Shown piece by piece: positions 9,505 through 19,495 of a stretch of DNA of 64,000 nucleotides (position 1 is the first letter of the stretch; every line of letters starts with the position of its first letter). This DNA is from Leptospira sp. (GTDB lineage Bacteria; Spirochaetota; Leptospiria; Leptospirales; Leptospiraceae): NCBI GenBank assembly GCA_034439575.1, contig JAWXAQ010000015.1:176705-240704 (forward strand). Reading direction: 5' to 3'. Position numbers and translations under genes: made by a program. The notes under the pieces were generated by a model, which worked only from the letters and a program-made list of their open reading frames with translations, was not told where the DNA came from and made no database searches.

Positions 9505-11478
9505 TTAAACCGATGGTGTTGCTACGCGAGTAATCGCATAGACTGCTAAAATTAATATTGTCATAAAGAATCCAACACCACCAAACACGATGACGTTTGT
9601 GAATCTTTTTGGAACTTTACTTTCCTTTGAATACAAAACGACTAATGAACCCAAAAATGGGATTAACATCACACTCCAATAAGAAATATTAAACTTAATT
9701 TCCTTTGATCTATTTACCAAATCCAAAATAGCCATTCCCGTCCAAGCCGCAAAAATTGTAAATGGTAGTAGATATCCGATTATATGAAAAAACCAAGTTT
9801 TAAAAGTTCCTGGATAGTGATTACGCAATCCATTGGTAAAAACTTTTGATTCTTTTTGATACTTATCAATTTCTTGTTTTGTGATCGTTGGTAGAGTCGC
9901 CGTCTCGATTAGATATTTATTTGTTTCGTAAACATCGTGAGCTGGGACTATTTTTGATTCATTTTCTTTCGGCATATTAGTCTGATTAGGTGGTGCCGGT
10001 TGATTTTTGTACGAAGCCAATGTAAAATCACCCAGACTTGCTTGCACAAAAAGTCCAAGAAGACCAATGGTGGAGGACAAATCAGCTACCCAAGGATAAC
10101 GTAACTTTCCACAGCCTTGAAATGTTTCAAGCATTGGTGGGCTACTCACATTGTAATGATTGTTCTCAAAACAATTTCCCACATTGACAGGTCCGCTCAG
10201 AGCGATATCACCTCTTCCTGAAGAAAATACTTTATTATTTCTAATCACATTATTATTTGAAATCCATATATTTTCATCCAAATTCATTGCGACAAGAATT
10301 CCGTAATTATTGTGATTAAAAACGACGTTTCCTTCGACAATATTTTCCAACCCACCTAACAAACCTATTCCATTTCCAATGGAAGGAATTTCTAATTTTT
10401 TAGATGGGGCTTCCAAATTATTGTTGTCATAAACTAAATTATTTTTAACAACAATGCTTTTTTGAGGAGGTAATAATTCTCGATCTAGTGTATTTGGTCC
10501 TATACCTAACTGGTTTTTTCTCCAGACAGAAGATAATAAATACAAATTACCACTTGCATTCGTTCCAGAATATCCGAGTGCATTATTTTCGGCGATAACA
10601 TCATTAACAATCGCATTACATGGATTACACTGCCCTATATATAATCCAGCATCTGGAGAACCAGAGCCATACGAATGTTCAATTAGACCGTCCACAGAAT
10701 CGAATGCATAAATTCCATAATCACCATTATTATATGCCGTGAGATAGGAACCTCGATAACCTTTGACCCCCGTCCAATAAACACCATTCAAAGTAGCATT
10801 TCTGGTTGTTAGGTTTTCGACGGCAACTCCATCTGCACCAACGACCATCACACCATTCCCACGAAGAAATTCACCATCGATGATCGTTTCATTTCTATCC
10901 TCACCCCGAATGATAAGAGAAGGAGTGGTCACGACAACTTCTTCTTTATAAACACCTTTCGCAATTAAGATCAAATCACCAGGCGAAGCGGCATCTACAG
11001 CGTTTTGTATTGTTGGATACTGAGCGGGAACCTTTCGTGTTATACGTGACCAAGTTTTTGAAATCTTCGACTTAGCAATGTTTGACTGAGGACTATATGT
11101 AGCATCACCTATCACAGCTACACCCGTCATACCAATTTTTCCATCTGGAGAAGAATGAAAGGAACAAAAGAATGGATACACTCCATCTTCAGGAAAGAAC
11201 ACATCGGTTTGTGCCCCACGAAACATAGCAGACTGACCATAAGTTACTTCTGTTGACCATTTTTTATCAACAGCTATCGCATTATGTGGGTTATTTCCAA
11301 TATTAACAAATCGGATCTTTCCACCTTTAAAAGTTTTGATCACAGGTGGACTGAAGGCATTGTCAGTCATCGTTACGTGAACAAAGGCAGAAGATGCAGG
11401 ATCTTCTCCACTACATCCCATAACAAAGACCATTCCTATTGCTAAAAATATTAAATAAAATGAATGTTTTATTTTCAT
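9505..11478 (-). CDS. Lipoprotein: cupredoxin domain, right-handed beta-helix and C-terminal PLDc_N-like TM domain
   Basis: MGC lipobox; type-1 Cu ligands PHNA...CSFH...GM; YPTIQNAVDAASPGD and PbH1-type repeats. Confidence 0.82.
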   Translation of the reverse strand: MKIKHSFYLIFLAIGMVFVMGCSGEDPASSAFVHVTMTDNAFSPPVIKTFKGGKIRFVNIGNNPHNAIAVDKKWSTEVTYGQSAMFRGAQTDVFFPEDGVYPFFCSFHSSPDGKIGMTGVAVIGDATYSPQSNIAKSKISKTWSRITRKVPAQYPTIQNAVDAASPGDLILIAKGVYKEEVVVTTPSLIIRGEDRNETIIDGEFLRGNGVMVVGADGVAVENLTTRNATLNGVYWTGVKGYRGSYLTAYNNGDYGIYAFDSVDGLIEHSYGSGSPDAGLYIGQCNPCNAIVNDVIAENNALGYSGTNASGNLYLLSSVWRKNQLGIGPNTLDRELLPPQKSIVVKNNLVYDNNNLEAPSKKLEIPSIGNGIGLLGGLENIVEGNVVFNHNNYGILVAMNLDENIWISNNNVIRNNKVFSSGRGDIALSGPVNVGNCFENNHYNVSSPPMLETFQGCGKLRYPWVADLSSTIGLLGLFVQASLGDFTLASYKNQPAPPNQTNMPKENESKIVPAHDVYETNKYLIETATLPTITKQEIDKYQKESKVFTNGLRNHYPGTFKTWFFHIIGYLLPFTIFAAWTGMAILDLVNRSKEIKFNISYWSVMLIPFLGSLVVLYSKESKVPKRFTNVIVFGGVGFFMTILILAVYAITRVATPSV

Positions 11479-11487
11479 GATTTTCCT

Positions 11488-11511
11488 AAATGTGAGGAAA
11501 TCCTCATATTT
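11488..11511. promoter_or_regulatory. Palindromic operator, likely bound by the adjacent TetR
   Basis: AAATGTGAGGA-aa-TCCTCATATTT (1 mismatch), just downstream of a minus-strand TTGACA-16nt-TAGGAT (11545-11518). Confidence 0.65.
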
Positions 11512-11557
11512 TAAAGAATCCTAAAGAATAGGAAAAATATGTCAAATAATATTCGAA

Positions 11558-12190
11558 TTATTTTAAGGATCGGAAATAAATATCCAAAAAAATATTTAGT
11601 TCCTGAATCATTGCTTTTTTATGAGATTTGCTTAAATTTGGCTCTCGCATTAACGAACGGTAAACACCATCCACAGCTTCTACAGTTATCTTTGCTACAA
11701 CCAAAACCCTTTGTTTATTTAACTTCGGAAATAGAGGTAATAAAAGTTCCTTAACCAAAGATTTGGCAAAACGTTCGTTACTTTTAAAATCCAATTCCAT
11801 TAAAAAGGGATTAGAATATACGATCGTTTGAACAAGAGGATATCCTTTATTTTCAGAAAGCGAAGTTTCAAAAGCTTCTAGAATTTCTTTTGTTAGATTT
11901 GAGTCATATTTTTTAAATTTCTTAATTAAATACCTAATTTTCTCAAAAAAAGCATCATGCAAGCTAATATACGTTAATTCAGCCTGGGTATAAACAATCG
12001 TTTCTTTATTTGGAAAAAATTGATACAATGAACCCACAGAAATGCCAGAGCGAACGGCGATGATATCAGTAGTTAGATTTTCATATCCGATTTCACTTAA
12101 CACATCAAAGGTTACGTCTAAAATCTTTTGAAATCTCTCCTGAGATCTTTTTTGTTTAGGTGCTTTTCTTGGGAAAAGTTTATTTTGCAT
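11558..12190 (-). CDS. TetR/AcrR family regulator
   Basis: PKQKRSQER...SGISVGSLYQFFPNK HTH. Confidence 0.92.
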   Translation of the reverse strand: MQNKLFPRKAPKQKRSQERFQKILDVTFDVLSEIGYENLTTDIIAVRSGISVGSLYQFFPNKETIVYTQAELTYISLHDAFFEKIRYLIKKFKKYDSNLTKEILEAFETSLSENKGYPLVQTIVYSNPFLMELDFKSNERFAKSLVKELLLPLFPKLNKQRVLVVAKITVEAVDGVYRSLMREPNLSKSHKKAMIQELNIFLDIYFRSLK

Positions 12191-12218
12191 TTTTGAATTA
12201 GAATTTCAAAAGATTATA

Positions 12219-13169
12219 TTACCAACTACCCGAACTGCCACCACCACCAAAACTTCCCCCACCGCCACTAAAACCTCCACTACTTCCGCCCGAAGACCAA
12301 CCTGAGCTTGAACCTGATGAAGATCCTCCACTAACAAATGATTCCCTCTCTTCCATTTTTTTGCGCCCGCTAGGTGTTAGGAGAAAATATAATTTGTAAA
12401 GACCTATGCCAATTACATAAATTAAAAATATGGAGACACCGATATTGACACCATGTAATGCGATAGGGAATAAACTCCAGAAAGGAAAAAGAAAAAAATA
12501 AATAAACCAACCTATATAAGGTGTCGTTGCCGCAACGTAAGTAAAAATCCCGAGCACAAAAACAACGAATAAGGATGCAAAAATACGTACTACAATAGGA
12601 ATATTTTCTCCACCTCCATCTAAGGCTCCAAAAAATGATAAGGGGCCAAGATAACTATAATCCTTTGGTGGAGGAATAAAATAAGTCCCACCAATTGCTC
12701 CTATAATGGAATCAATGCCAGCTGTGATTCCTGTTTCAAAGTCACCAGCCTTAAAATGGGGTTTTATTTCTGACTCAATGATACGGTGACACAAAACATC
12801 CGTTAATACGCCTTCTAATCCGTAACCAACTTCAATGCGCAATTTGCGATCATCTTTTACTATAAGTAAAAGTACTCCGTTATCAGTATTTTTTTGACCA
12901 AGTTTATTTTTTTCTGCAACTTTGAGTGAGAATTCTTCAATAGATTCGGCGTCTAAAGAGGAAATGATTAATATGGCAATTTGGTTAGTGGATGCTTTTT
13001 CAAAATCAGTCAATTTTGATTCTAGTTGTCTTTGGAATGATTCTGAGATAGTCCAAGTTTCATCAGTCACTCTGGCACGAAGGTTTGGAACATCTCGTGC
13101 ATTTAAATTATAAAATGAAAATAGATAACAAGCAAGTGGCAGTAAGTAAAAAAATTTCTTTCTTTGCAT
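12219..13169 (-). CDS. TPM-domain (YgcG-like) membrane protein
   Basis: DNGVLLL..DRKLRIEVGYGLEG and GGSFGGGGSSGSW tail. Confidence 0.9.
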   Translation of the reverse strand: MQRKKFFYLLPLACYLFSFYNLNARDVPNLRARVTDETWTISESFQRQLESKLTDFEKASTNQIAILIISSLDAESIEEFSLKVAEKNKLGQKNTDNGVLLLIVKDDRKLRIEVGYGLEGVLTDVLCHRIIESEIKPHFKAGDFETGITAGIDSIIGAIGGTYFIPPPKDYSYLGPLSFFGALDGGGENIPIVVRIFASLFVVFVLGIFTYVAATTPYIGWFIYFFLFPFWSLFPIALHGVNIGVSIFLIYVIGIGLYKLYFLLTPSGRKKMEERESFVSGGSSSGSSSGWSSGGSSGGFSGGGGSFGGGGSSGSW

Positions 13170-13199
13170 GGCTTTTGCAATAGAAGCCTATGCAAAGAA
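13160..13199 (-). terminator. Stem-loop, putative sulP terminator, overlapping the TPM gene start codon
   Basis: Minus strand TTCTTTGCAT-A-GGCTT..AAGCC-ATGCAAAGAA, followed 5 nt later by a T7 tract. Confidence 0.45.
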
Positions 13200-13232
13200 T
13201 CTAAAAAAACAATCTTTTTTCCAAACTTAGAT

Positions 13233-14843
13233 TTAGTTTACCTTGTGCCTTGATGCTTGAGGATGATTTGATACTGGCACTAAATCTTCAAATCCATGTA
13301 TGTTTACCTTTCCTCCATTCAATTCATAATCTCTTTTGAAATCTTGCAAAAAATCAAACGCTGAAAATCCTACAAATTTAATATCTTCAAATTTGATATC
13401 CACATTTCGACCAAAAGGAATACGATTTAACAGTCGTTTAAGCGAAATCATATTTGAAAAAATCAACGCCTTTTTTACATGAAATTGATATGCATGGTGG
13501 TCTTCTGTGATTCGAATATCAGAAAAAAACAAATTTTTTAATGGTACGCCAAAGGCAATTTGGATAATTATTTTTGCAAGGATACCACAAGCGACACCAA
13601 CTAACAAATCTTCAAAAACTGTAAAAAACACTGTCACCAAAAATACAACGATTTGATCCCAGCCTGTTTTATATGCATGAATGAATTGTTCTGGTGAAGC
13701 AAGTTTCACACCCACCATGATCAACACACCGGCCAATGCCGCGAGTGGGATTTGGTGAATCAGTCCAGGCAAAAATACGATAAACACCAATAAAAACAAT
13801 CCATGAAAAAAATTGGACCATCTTGTTTTGGCCCCATTACTTACGTTTGCTGAAGATCTCACAACTTCTGCAATGATTGGTAATCCACCAATCCATCCGA
13901 GAAAAAAGTTTCCTATCCCTTTTGCGATAAGTTCTCTATTCATATTGGAATGTCTGTTATGTGGATCAACTTTATCAATGGCTGAAGCGGTTAAAAGTGA
14001 TTCAATACTCGCAATTAAAGCGATGGTTACAACCATAAGCCAAAATCCACCTGTTCCTATGAGCCCAAAGTTTGGAAAAATTAGTCCTTCAGATATATGT
14101 TCGGGAAGATTAACCAAATTTTTTGGTCCGATTTCATAGGCATTGTTCATTAATGAGTATGTATGAGTTTCATCTAAATTAAAGATCATACCGAGTCCTA
14201 CTCCAACTAACACAGCCATGAGTGGTGCGGGTAGTTTTTTAACAATAGGGTTTTTGATACGGCTGAGTATGATCAAAACAAGTATAGTTGAAATTCCAAT
14301 AATACCGATCTCTGGATTTATTTTACTCAGACTCTGAGGCATCTCCAAAATCAATCCACTAATAGTTTTTGCTTGCGGTGTAATTCCAAGAGCAACATAG
14401 AACTGTTTTGAGATAATAATAATCCCAATTGCCGCCATCATACCATGTACAACTGAAATCGGAAAGTAGACCGTTAAGTTTCCTGATCGAATCAATCCAA
14501 GTATGATTTGAATGGCTCCCGCGATCACAATCACTGCTAATGTATATTCAAATCCCAAACGATTATCGCCGCCACCGAGTACGGTTATAGAATGCAATAC
14601 AACTGCAATCAAACCAGCGGCCGGGCCATTTATTGTCACATAAGACCCGCTAAATAAGGATACGATGAGTCCACCTACGATTCCAGAAAACAAACCAGCC
14701 ATAGGTGGTGCGCCAGAGGCTAAAGAAATGCCTAAGCATAATGGCAAAGCAATCAAAAAAACGATGAATCCGGAAAGTACATCCGACTTCCAGTTTTGTT
14801 TTAGTCCAGAAATCCCATCGAGTGGAATATTTTTTTGAGTCAT
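13233..14843 (-). CDS. SulP/SLC26 family anion (probably bicarbonate) transporter
   Basis: ALPLCLGISLASGAP, GPAAGL, ASIESLL, VVRSSANV, STAS-like C-terminus. Confidence 0.92.
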   Translation of the reverse strand: MTQKNIPLDGISGLKQNWKSDVLSGFIVFLIALPLCLGISLASGAPPMAGLFSGIVGGLIVSLFSGSYVTINGPAAGLIAVVLHSITVLGGGDNRLGFEYTLAVIVIAGAIQIILGLIRSGNLTVYFPISVVHGMMAAIGIIIISKQFYVALGITPQAKTISGLILEMPQSLSKINPEIGIIGISTILVLIILSRIKNPIVKKLPAPLMAVLVGVGLGMIFNLDETHTYSLMNNAYEIGPKNLVNLPEHISEGLIFPNFGLIGTGGFWLMVVTIALIASIESLLTASAIDKVDPHNRHSNMNRELIAKGIGNFFLGWIGGLPIIAEVVRSSANVSNGAKTRWSNFFHGLFLLVFIVFLPGLIHQIPLAALAGVLIMVGVKLASPEQFIHAYKTGWDQIVVFLVTVFFTVFEDLLVGVACGILAKIIIQIAFGVPLKNLFFSDIRITEDHHAYQFHVKKALIFSNMISLKRLLNRIPFGRNVDIKFEDIKFVGFSAFDFLQDFKRDYELNGGKVNIHGFEDLVPVSNHPQASRHKVN

Positions 14844-14863
14844 TTTTTTTCCTTTTGTTGCTT

Positions 14864-16456
14864 CTATTTATTTTGATTCTCAGAGCCAGATTCTATGCTG
14901 ATGATCTCTTGTGCTTTTTTCTTAAATTGATTTGGATTAATGCCTGTTTGTTTTTTAAATTCAAGATAAAAGGCTGATCTAGAACCAAACCCAGCCATTT
15001 TCCCTATTTCGGCGACATTTAAATCAGATTGTTCTATTAATAACTTTTTTGAATCTTCAATTCTATGTTTATTCATCAATGTAGGAAAATTCATTTTATA
15101 TTCAGAATTGATTATTTCACTTAACTGGTGATATGTAATTCCCATTAATTGGGCAACAGTTTCTTCACTGGAAGAAGGATCGAGATGTATTTTCTCAATT
15201 TGGATTAAGCTTTGTAGTTTATTTAAATGATAAGGAACATCTAAAATTTGATATATATTTTTCTGTTTAACAATTACTGATTTTCTTTTTTCCAAACCGT
15301 GCAGAACTAAAAATGACCCTGCAGATAACAATGGTAAGTAAAAAACAGAAGCATATATAGCAAATTCTTGGTACGGGTAAAAATCAAAATGATACAATGT
15401 CTTCAAAAATACAAGCGCCTGGAAAACAATCCATCCGATGACATAGAATTTCTCTTCTGTTTTATCTTTTTGGATAAGGTAAAGATGGGTCTTAAGTAAA
15501 TATGTGATCAGGCCACTAAAGAGTGTTAGGACTAAAAAAATTCTATATTCATAAAACCTACTCACCAATGGAACAAGAACATACAAACTTCCACTTATTG
15601 CAAATAACCAAAATTTGATAGATTTGCGTTCAGTTCCGCCTGAATAAGAATCAAAATTGGCAAGATACAAGAAAAACGCAAAATGGTTTAGCGCAAGCAA
15701 AAGGTAATAAGAATGTTTAATGAGATTGTTTTGATTTCCGTAAACTGAGGCGAGCTCCCTGCCGTGAACGAGATATACCAGACTAAAAAATGCTAGGTAA
15801 TGTAAAGAAATTCCAAGGAAAACGGCATAGCCCGTTTTACGAAATTCTCTTACTCCCCATAAAAGATAGATAACCGCTAAGGCTGAAAAAAGTACAAAAC
15901 TCAAAAAACGGAACATGACGACACCACGGTACATTCCTTCAGATAATAAACGTATTGGGTAATTGAGATCTTGATTGGAAAATACACGGAGGTAAAAGGT
16001 TCTACCTTCTCCAGGTGACAATTCTACATTAAAATGTGGGAAAGGAGAAAGTATTTCATACCAATTTTCCCATTTATAGCCACTATAAACATCTATCACT
16101 TTTCCTTCCGAATTTTCAGAACACAATTCCACGAAGGGTAAATTGATCCATTGGATTAGGACTGAAAAAAATTCAGACTTTTCCGAAGGATTCTCCAGAG
16201 TAAAACGAAGCCAAAGACCTCTTGGGTCTTGAGGAACCCGAACTGCGTCTATACTTGTGTTTTGCATCCACTCTAGATGTTTCAATTGTTGGATGGATGC
16301 ATGGTCACAAGAAGTGGGATTGGGTAAGTTTTTACCCTGCAGTCGGAATTCTACCAAACTGCTAATGTTTTCTCCGTACACTTTGTCTGCCTTGTGTAAA
16401 CAAGTCGTTGTGAGAGCAAATATTACTGAAATTGAACAAAAGCGGACAAAATACAT
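14864..16456 (-). CDS. Membrane-bound AraC family regulator with 7TM-DISM-like sensor
   Basis: Extracellular domain (LWLRFTLEN), ~7 TM helices, C-terminal AGFGSRSAFYLEFKKQTGINP. Confidence 0.88.
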   Translation of the reverse strand: MYFVRFCSISVIFALTTTCLHKADKVYGENISSLVEFRLQGKNLPNPTSCDHASIQQLKHLEWMQNTSIDAVRVPQDPRGLWLRFTLENPSEKSEFFSVLIQWINLPFVELCSENSEGKVIDVYSGYKWENWYEILSPFPHFNVELSPGEGRTFYLRVFSNQDLNYPIRLLSEGMYRGVVMFRFLSFVLFSALAVIYLLWGVREFRKTGYAVFLGISLHYLAFFSLVYLVHGRELASVYGNQNNLIKHSYYLLLALNHFAFFLYLANFDSYSGGTERKSIKFWLFAISGSLYVLVPLVSRFYEYRIFLVLTLFSGLITYLLKTHLYLIQKDKTEEKFYVIGWIVFQALVFLKTLYHFDFYPYQEFAIYASVFYLPLLSAGSFLVLHGLEKRKSVIVKQKNIYQILDVPYHLNKLQSLIQIEKIHLDPSSSEETVAQLMGITYHQLSEIINSEYKMNFPTLMNKHRIEDSKKLLIEQSDLNVAEIGKMAGFGSRSAFYLEFKKQTGINPNQFKKKAQEIISIESGSENQNK

Positions 16457-16602
16457 TCAAATGCCGATTAAATGCATTTGGACAAATTTTACCAGTTATT
16501 TCAATCCGTTCGGACTTTGGTAAAAAAATAATTTTTGTCTATTTTTATATTCTTGGATATTTTTATTGTCTAAATAGCTAATCATAGACAGGAGATTCTA
16601 TC

Positions 16603-17574
16603 ATGCAAATGCAAGGTGTCTTAAACAATTTATTGAACCCGCCAGTCCTTTTCTTTTTCCTAGGCATGGGCGTTGTATTCTTCAAATCAGATCTCAAAAT
16701 TACAGATGGAGTTTCTAAGTTCCTATCGCTCTATTTGTTATTTGCGATAGGTTTTAAAGGCGGTCATGAACTTTTTAGTTCCCCCTTTGAACAAGAGCAT
16801 TTATTAACCCTCATTGCTTGTATGTTTATGGCATTTTTTGTTCCTATCTATTCCTTCTTTATCTTTCGGCTCAAACTAGACCACCATAACGCAAGCGCTC
16901 TTGCAGGAAGTTTCGGTTCCATCAGTGCTGTCACATTTGTAACTGCGGGTGCATTTCTTCATAGTATGGGATTGGAATTCCAAGGATTCATTGTAGCAGG
17001 AATGGCATTAATGGAATCACCCGCAATTATCATCGCTGTGATCTTGGATAGATTAGGAAACTCAAAATCAAAAGGAGAACAGAAAATAAAATGGAAGCAC
17101 CTTCTCCATGAAGCGTTCTTTAGTTCTTCAGTTTATATCCTTATAGGTTCGCTTATCATTGGTTATCTTTCTGGAGAATCAGGATGGAAAACGACAAAAC
17201 CATTTACAGAAGATATTTTTAAAGGACTATTGACATTCTTTTTACTCGATAAAGGAATTGAAGCCGCCCGCCAAATGAAAGACTTACGGAAAACAGGTCT
17301 ATTTCTTTTGGGAGCGTCACTTTTGATTATGATCTTCAATGCTTTTTTAGCAGTTATTCTAGTAAAAATAATCAGAATGCCTCTTGGTGATTCATTAATG
17401 TTTGTTGTACTCTGCACCTCTGCATCTTACATTGCAGTACCGGCTGCTATGAAAGATTCAATTCCCGAAGCGAATCCAAGTATTTATATAACTGTAGCTC
17501 TATCTATAGTATTTCCGATTAACATAATCATAGGAATTCCACTCTATTTCTATTTACTCAGAACCATCAGTTAG
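16603..17574 (+). CDS. sbtA: Sodium-dependent bicarbonate transporter, SbtA family
   Basis: PPVLFFFLG, GSISAVTF, MESPAII, SASYIAVPAA, FPINIIIGIP. Confidence 0.9.
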   Translation: MQMQGVLNNLLNPPVLFFFLGMGVVFFKSDLKITDGVSKFLSLYLLFAIGFKGGHELFSSPFEQEHLLTLIACMFMAFFVPIYSFFIFRLKLDHHNASALAGSFGSISAVTFVTAGAFLHSMGLEFQGFIVAGMALMESPAIIIAVILDRLGNSKSKGEQKIKWKHLLHEAFFSSSVYILIGSLIIGYLSGESGWKTTKPFTEDIFKGLLTFFLLDKGIEAARQMKDLRKTGLFLLGASLLIMIFNAFLAVILVKIIRMPLGDSLMFVVLCTSASYIAVPAAMKDSIPEANPSIYITVALSIVFPINIIIGIPLYFYLLRTIS

Positions 17575-17604
17575 CATTCGTCAGTATAAAAGAGGAGAGA
17601 TAAA

Positions 17605-19431
17605 ATGAAAAGATTGGTATTATTTATTTTTTTGGTCATTGCTTACTTAGCATCTAATGCAATAATGTTGGCAGTCGAACCAGACTCAATCAAACTTACA
17701 TCAACCGAAGAGAAATACAAATCCCCTATGATCGAGAAAGGCATCGACTCAGATTTCACAAAGCACATGTTTATAGAACCCGAACTTGCCGCCAAAGTAA
17801 ATAAATCTCAACAGATGTGGATCAATGATATCATTAGGCTCGGAATCTATCTCAGGCCTAGACAAGAAGTGAGAAACAATTTGGACTTTAATCGAACTAA
17901 TTCTGGTTATACGGACAGAACTCTTCAAACTTCATCATTATATCTTTTAATCGATCCAAATCCATATGTAACAGCAAAAATCACTTTTCAAGATGCCAGA
18001 GTTTGGGGCGGAGATTCCCCTGCTTCCTCAGGTGATATTCGCGCCGTTTTTTTTAACAATACGCCAAATATAAGTTCTGCTGGACAAACGACGTCCACTT
18101 CATTAAACACGACTGGCATTCGCGAAGCATTCGTTATGTTAAAAAAATTGCCATTGGATGCTAAGTTACAAGTGGGTCGACAAATCTGGACATATGGTGA
18201 CCAACGAATGATAGGTGGTGCGAATTGGACAATTAATGGACTTTCTTATGATGGAGCACGCTTATTTATAGAACGGCCAATTTTTAAAATTCATTTGTTT
18301 GCTGCAAGGCCATATTGGACACAAAGTGGAGTGAATGGAGTCGTGTCTGCGAATGATCCAAAATCAAATGCAAATGCGAAAGGTAGTGATACTACACTTT
18401 TTGGAACTTACAATTCTGTTAAACTTTTTGATGTTGTGATGTTAGATTTATATTCTATAAACATTGTAAGGAAATGGATTCCGAATTCATATAATGGAAC
18501 TACAGGATTACCCAATGTTTCAAGTGATGATCCAATTGCACAAAATAGAGCAAAACAAAATCAAGAAATTTATACCCTTGGTTTTCGTTTAACAAATAGA
18601 ATTGCCAATAACTTTTTACCGAAAGGGGAAGCTTGGGATTGGACATGGGAAAGTGCTTGGCAAGGGGGTACAACTGGCCGTCGTTTAAATGAAAAAATAT
18701 TAGGTGTTAGTTTAGATCCACCTTATCAAAGTTTAAAAACAGAAAGAGAAAAATATACAGGACAATTCCATGTCATTCAAACAGGATATACTTTCTTTGA
18801 AAAACTCAGATTTGGAGTCCAAGTATTATATGCATCTGGGGACAAAAATCGAAGTGATGGAAGTTCCTCAACATTTCAAACATTGGCAAATCCTAGATTT
18901 GGCACGATTCCTTTTTTCAATGGTGTTGCAGGCATTTCAGAAAATATCGGAACCAAAAATTTGATTTCTAAAAGTATTTCTGTCTCGTATAACACGAATG
19001 ATTGGGGAAATTTTCAACTAAGTTATTTTCAAAATGATAAGGCAGAAAAACAAGATGCATGGTATGCAATCAACGGTGCTAATAATTCGAGTAGTGACCT
19101 AAGTGCCATAAATAGTTCCCCTGTATCTAGTGCCAAAGGAAGCACAGAAAATTTTTCTGACAACCCTTATACACAATCCTATTCATTAGGAAAATCCATT
19201 TATAATGAAATAGATTTAACTTGGATGGCACTGATAAATGACAATGTCTCTATCTGGTTAGGTGTTGGATATTTGAAAGCAGGAAATTCTATTTCCAATT
19301 ACCGGAATAGTCCACTCCTGTATCAAGCGAGCACAAATAGTTACGAACTAAATTCAGATTTTTTTCAAGGCAAGAATAAGGTCGCTAAAGACGGTTCTAT
19401 GGCCTATTTGCAACTGAATGCGGCATTCTAA
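17605..19431 (+). CDS. Alginate-export (AlgE-like) outer-membrane beta-barrel
   Basis: Signal peptide, QDARVWG, VGRQ..YGDQRMIG..W, ASGD, C-terminal F. Confidence 0.8.
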   Translation: MKRLVLFIFLVIAYLASNAIMLAVEPDSIKLTSTEEKYKSPMIEKGIDSDFTKHMFIEPELAAKVNKSQQMWINDIIRLGIYLRPRQEVRNNLDFNRTNSGYTDRTLQTSSLYLLIDPNPYVTAKITFQDARVWGGDSPASSGDIRAVFFNNTPNISSAGQTTSTSLNTTGIREAFVMLKKLPLDAKLQVGRQIWTYGDQRMIGGANWTINGLSYDGARLFIERPIFKIHLFAARPYWTQSGVNGVVSANDPKSNANAKGSDTTLFGTYNSVKLFDVVMLDLYSINIVRKWIPNSYNGTTGLPNVSSDDPIAQNRAKQNQEIYTLGFRLTNRIANNFLPKGEAWDWTWESAWQGGTTGRRLNEKILGVSLDPPYQSLKTEREKYTGQFHVIQTGYTFFEKLRFGVQVLYASGDKNRSDGSSSTFQTLANPRFGTIPFFNGVAGISENIGTKNLISKSISVSYNTNDWGNFQLSYFQNDKAEKQDAWYAINGANNSSSDLSAINSSPVSSAKGSTENFSDNPYTQSYSLGKSIYNEIDLTWMALINDNVSIWLGVGYLKAGNSISNYRNSPLLYQASTNSYELNSDFFQGKNKVAKDGSMAYLQLNAAF

Positions 19432-19495
19432 AAAACTATAGATTTTTTCTTGTAATTCAAAACGATTGCTTTAAAATTCCGTTTAAGGCGATCAA

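Noticed and set aside
12219-12335. Low-complexity CCA/CCT repeat as a tandem repeat or CRISPR
   Set aside because: It encodes the normal Gly/Ser-rich tail of TPM-domain proteins
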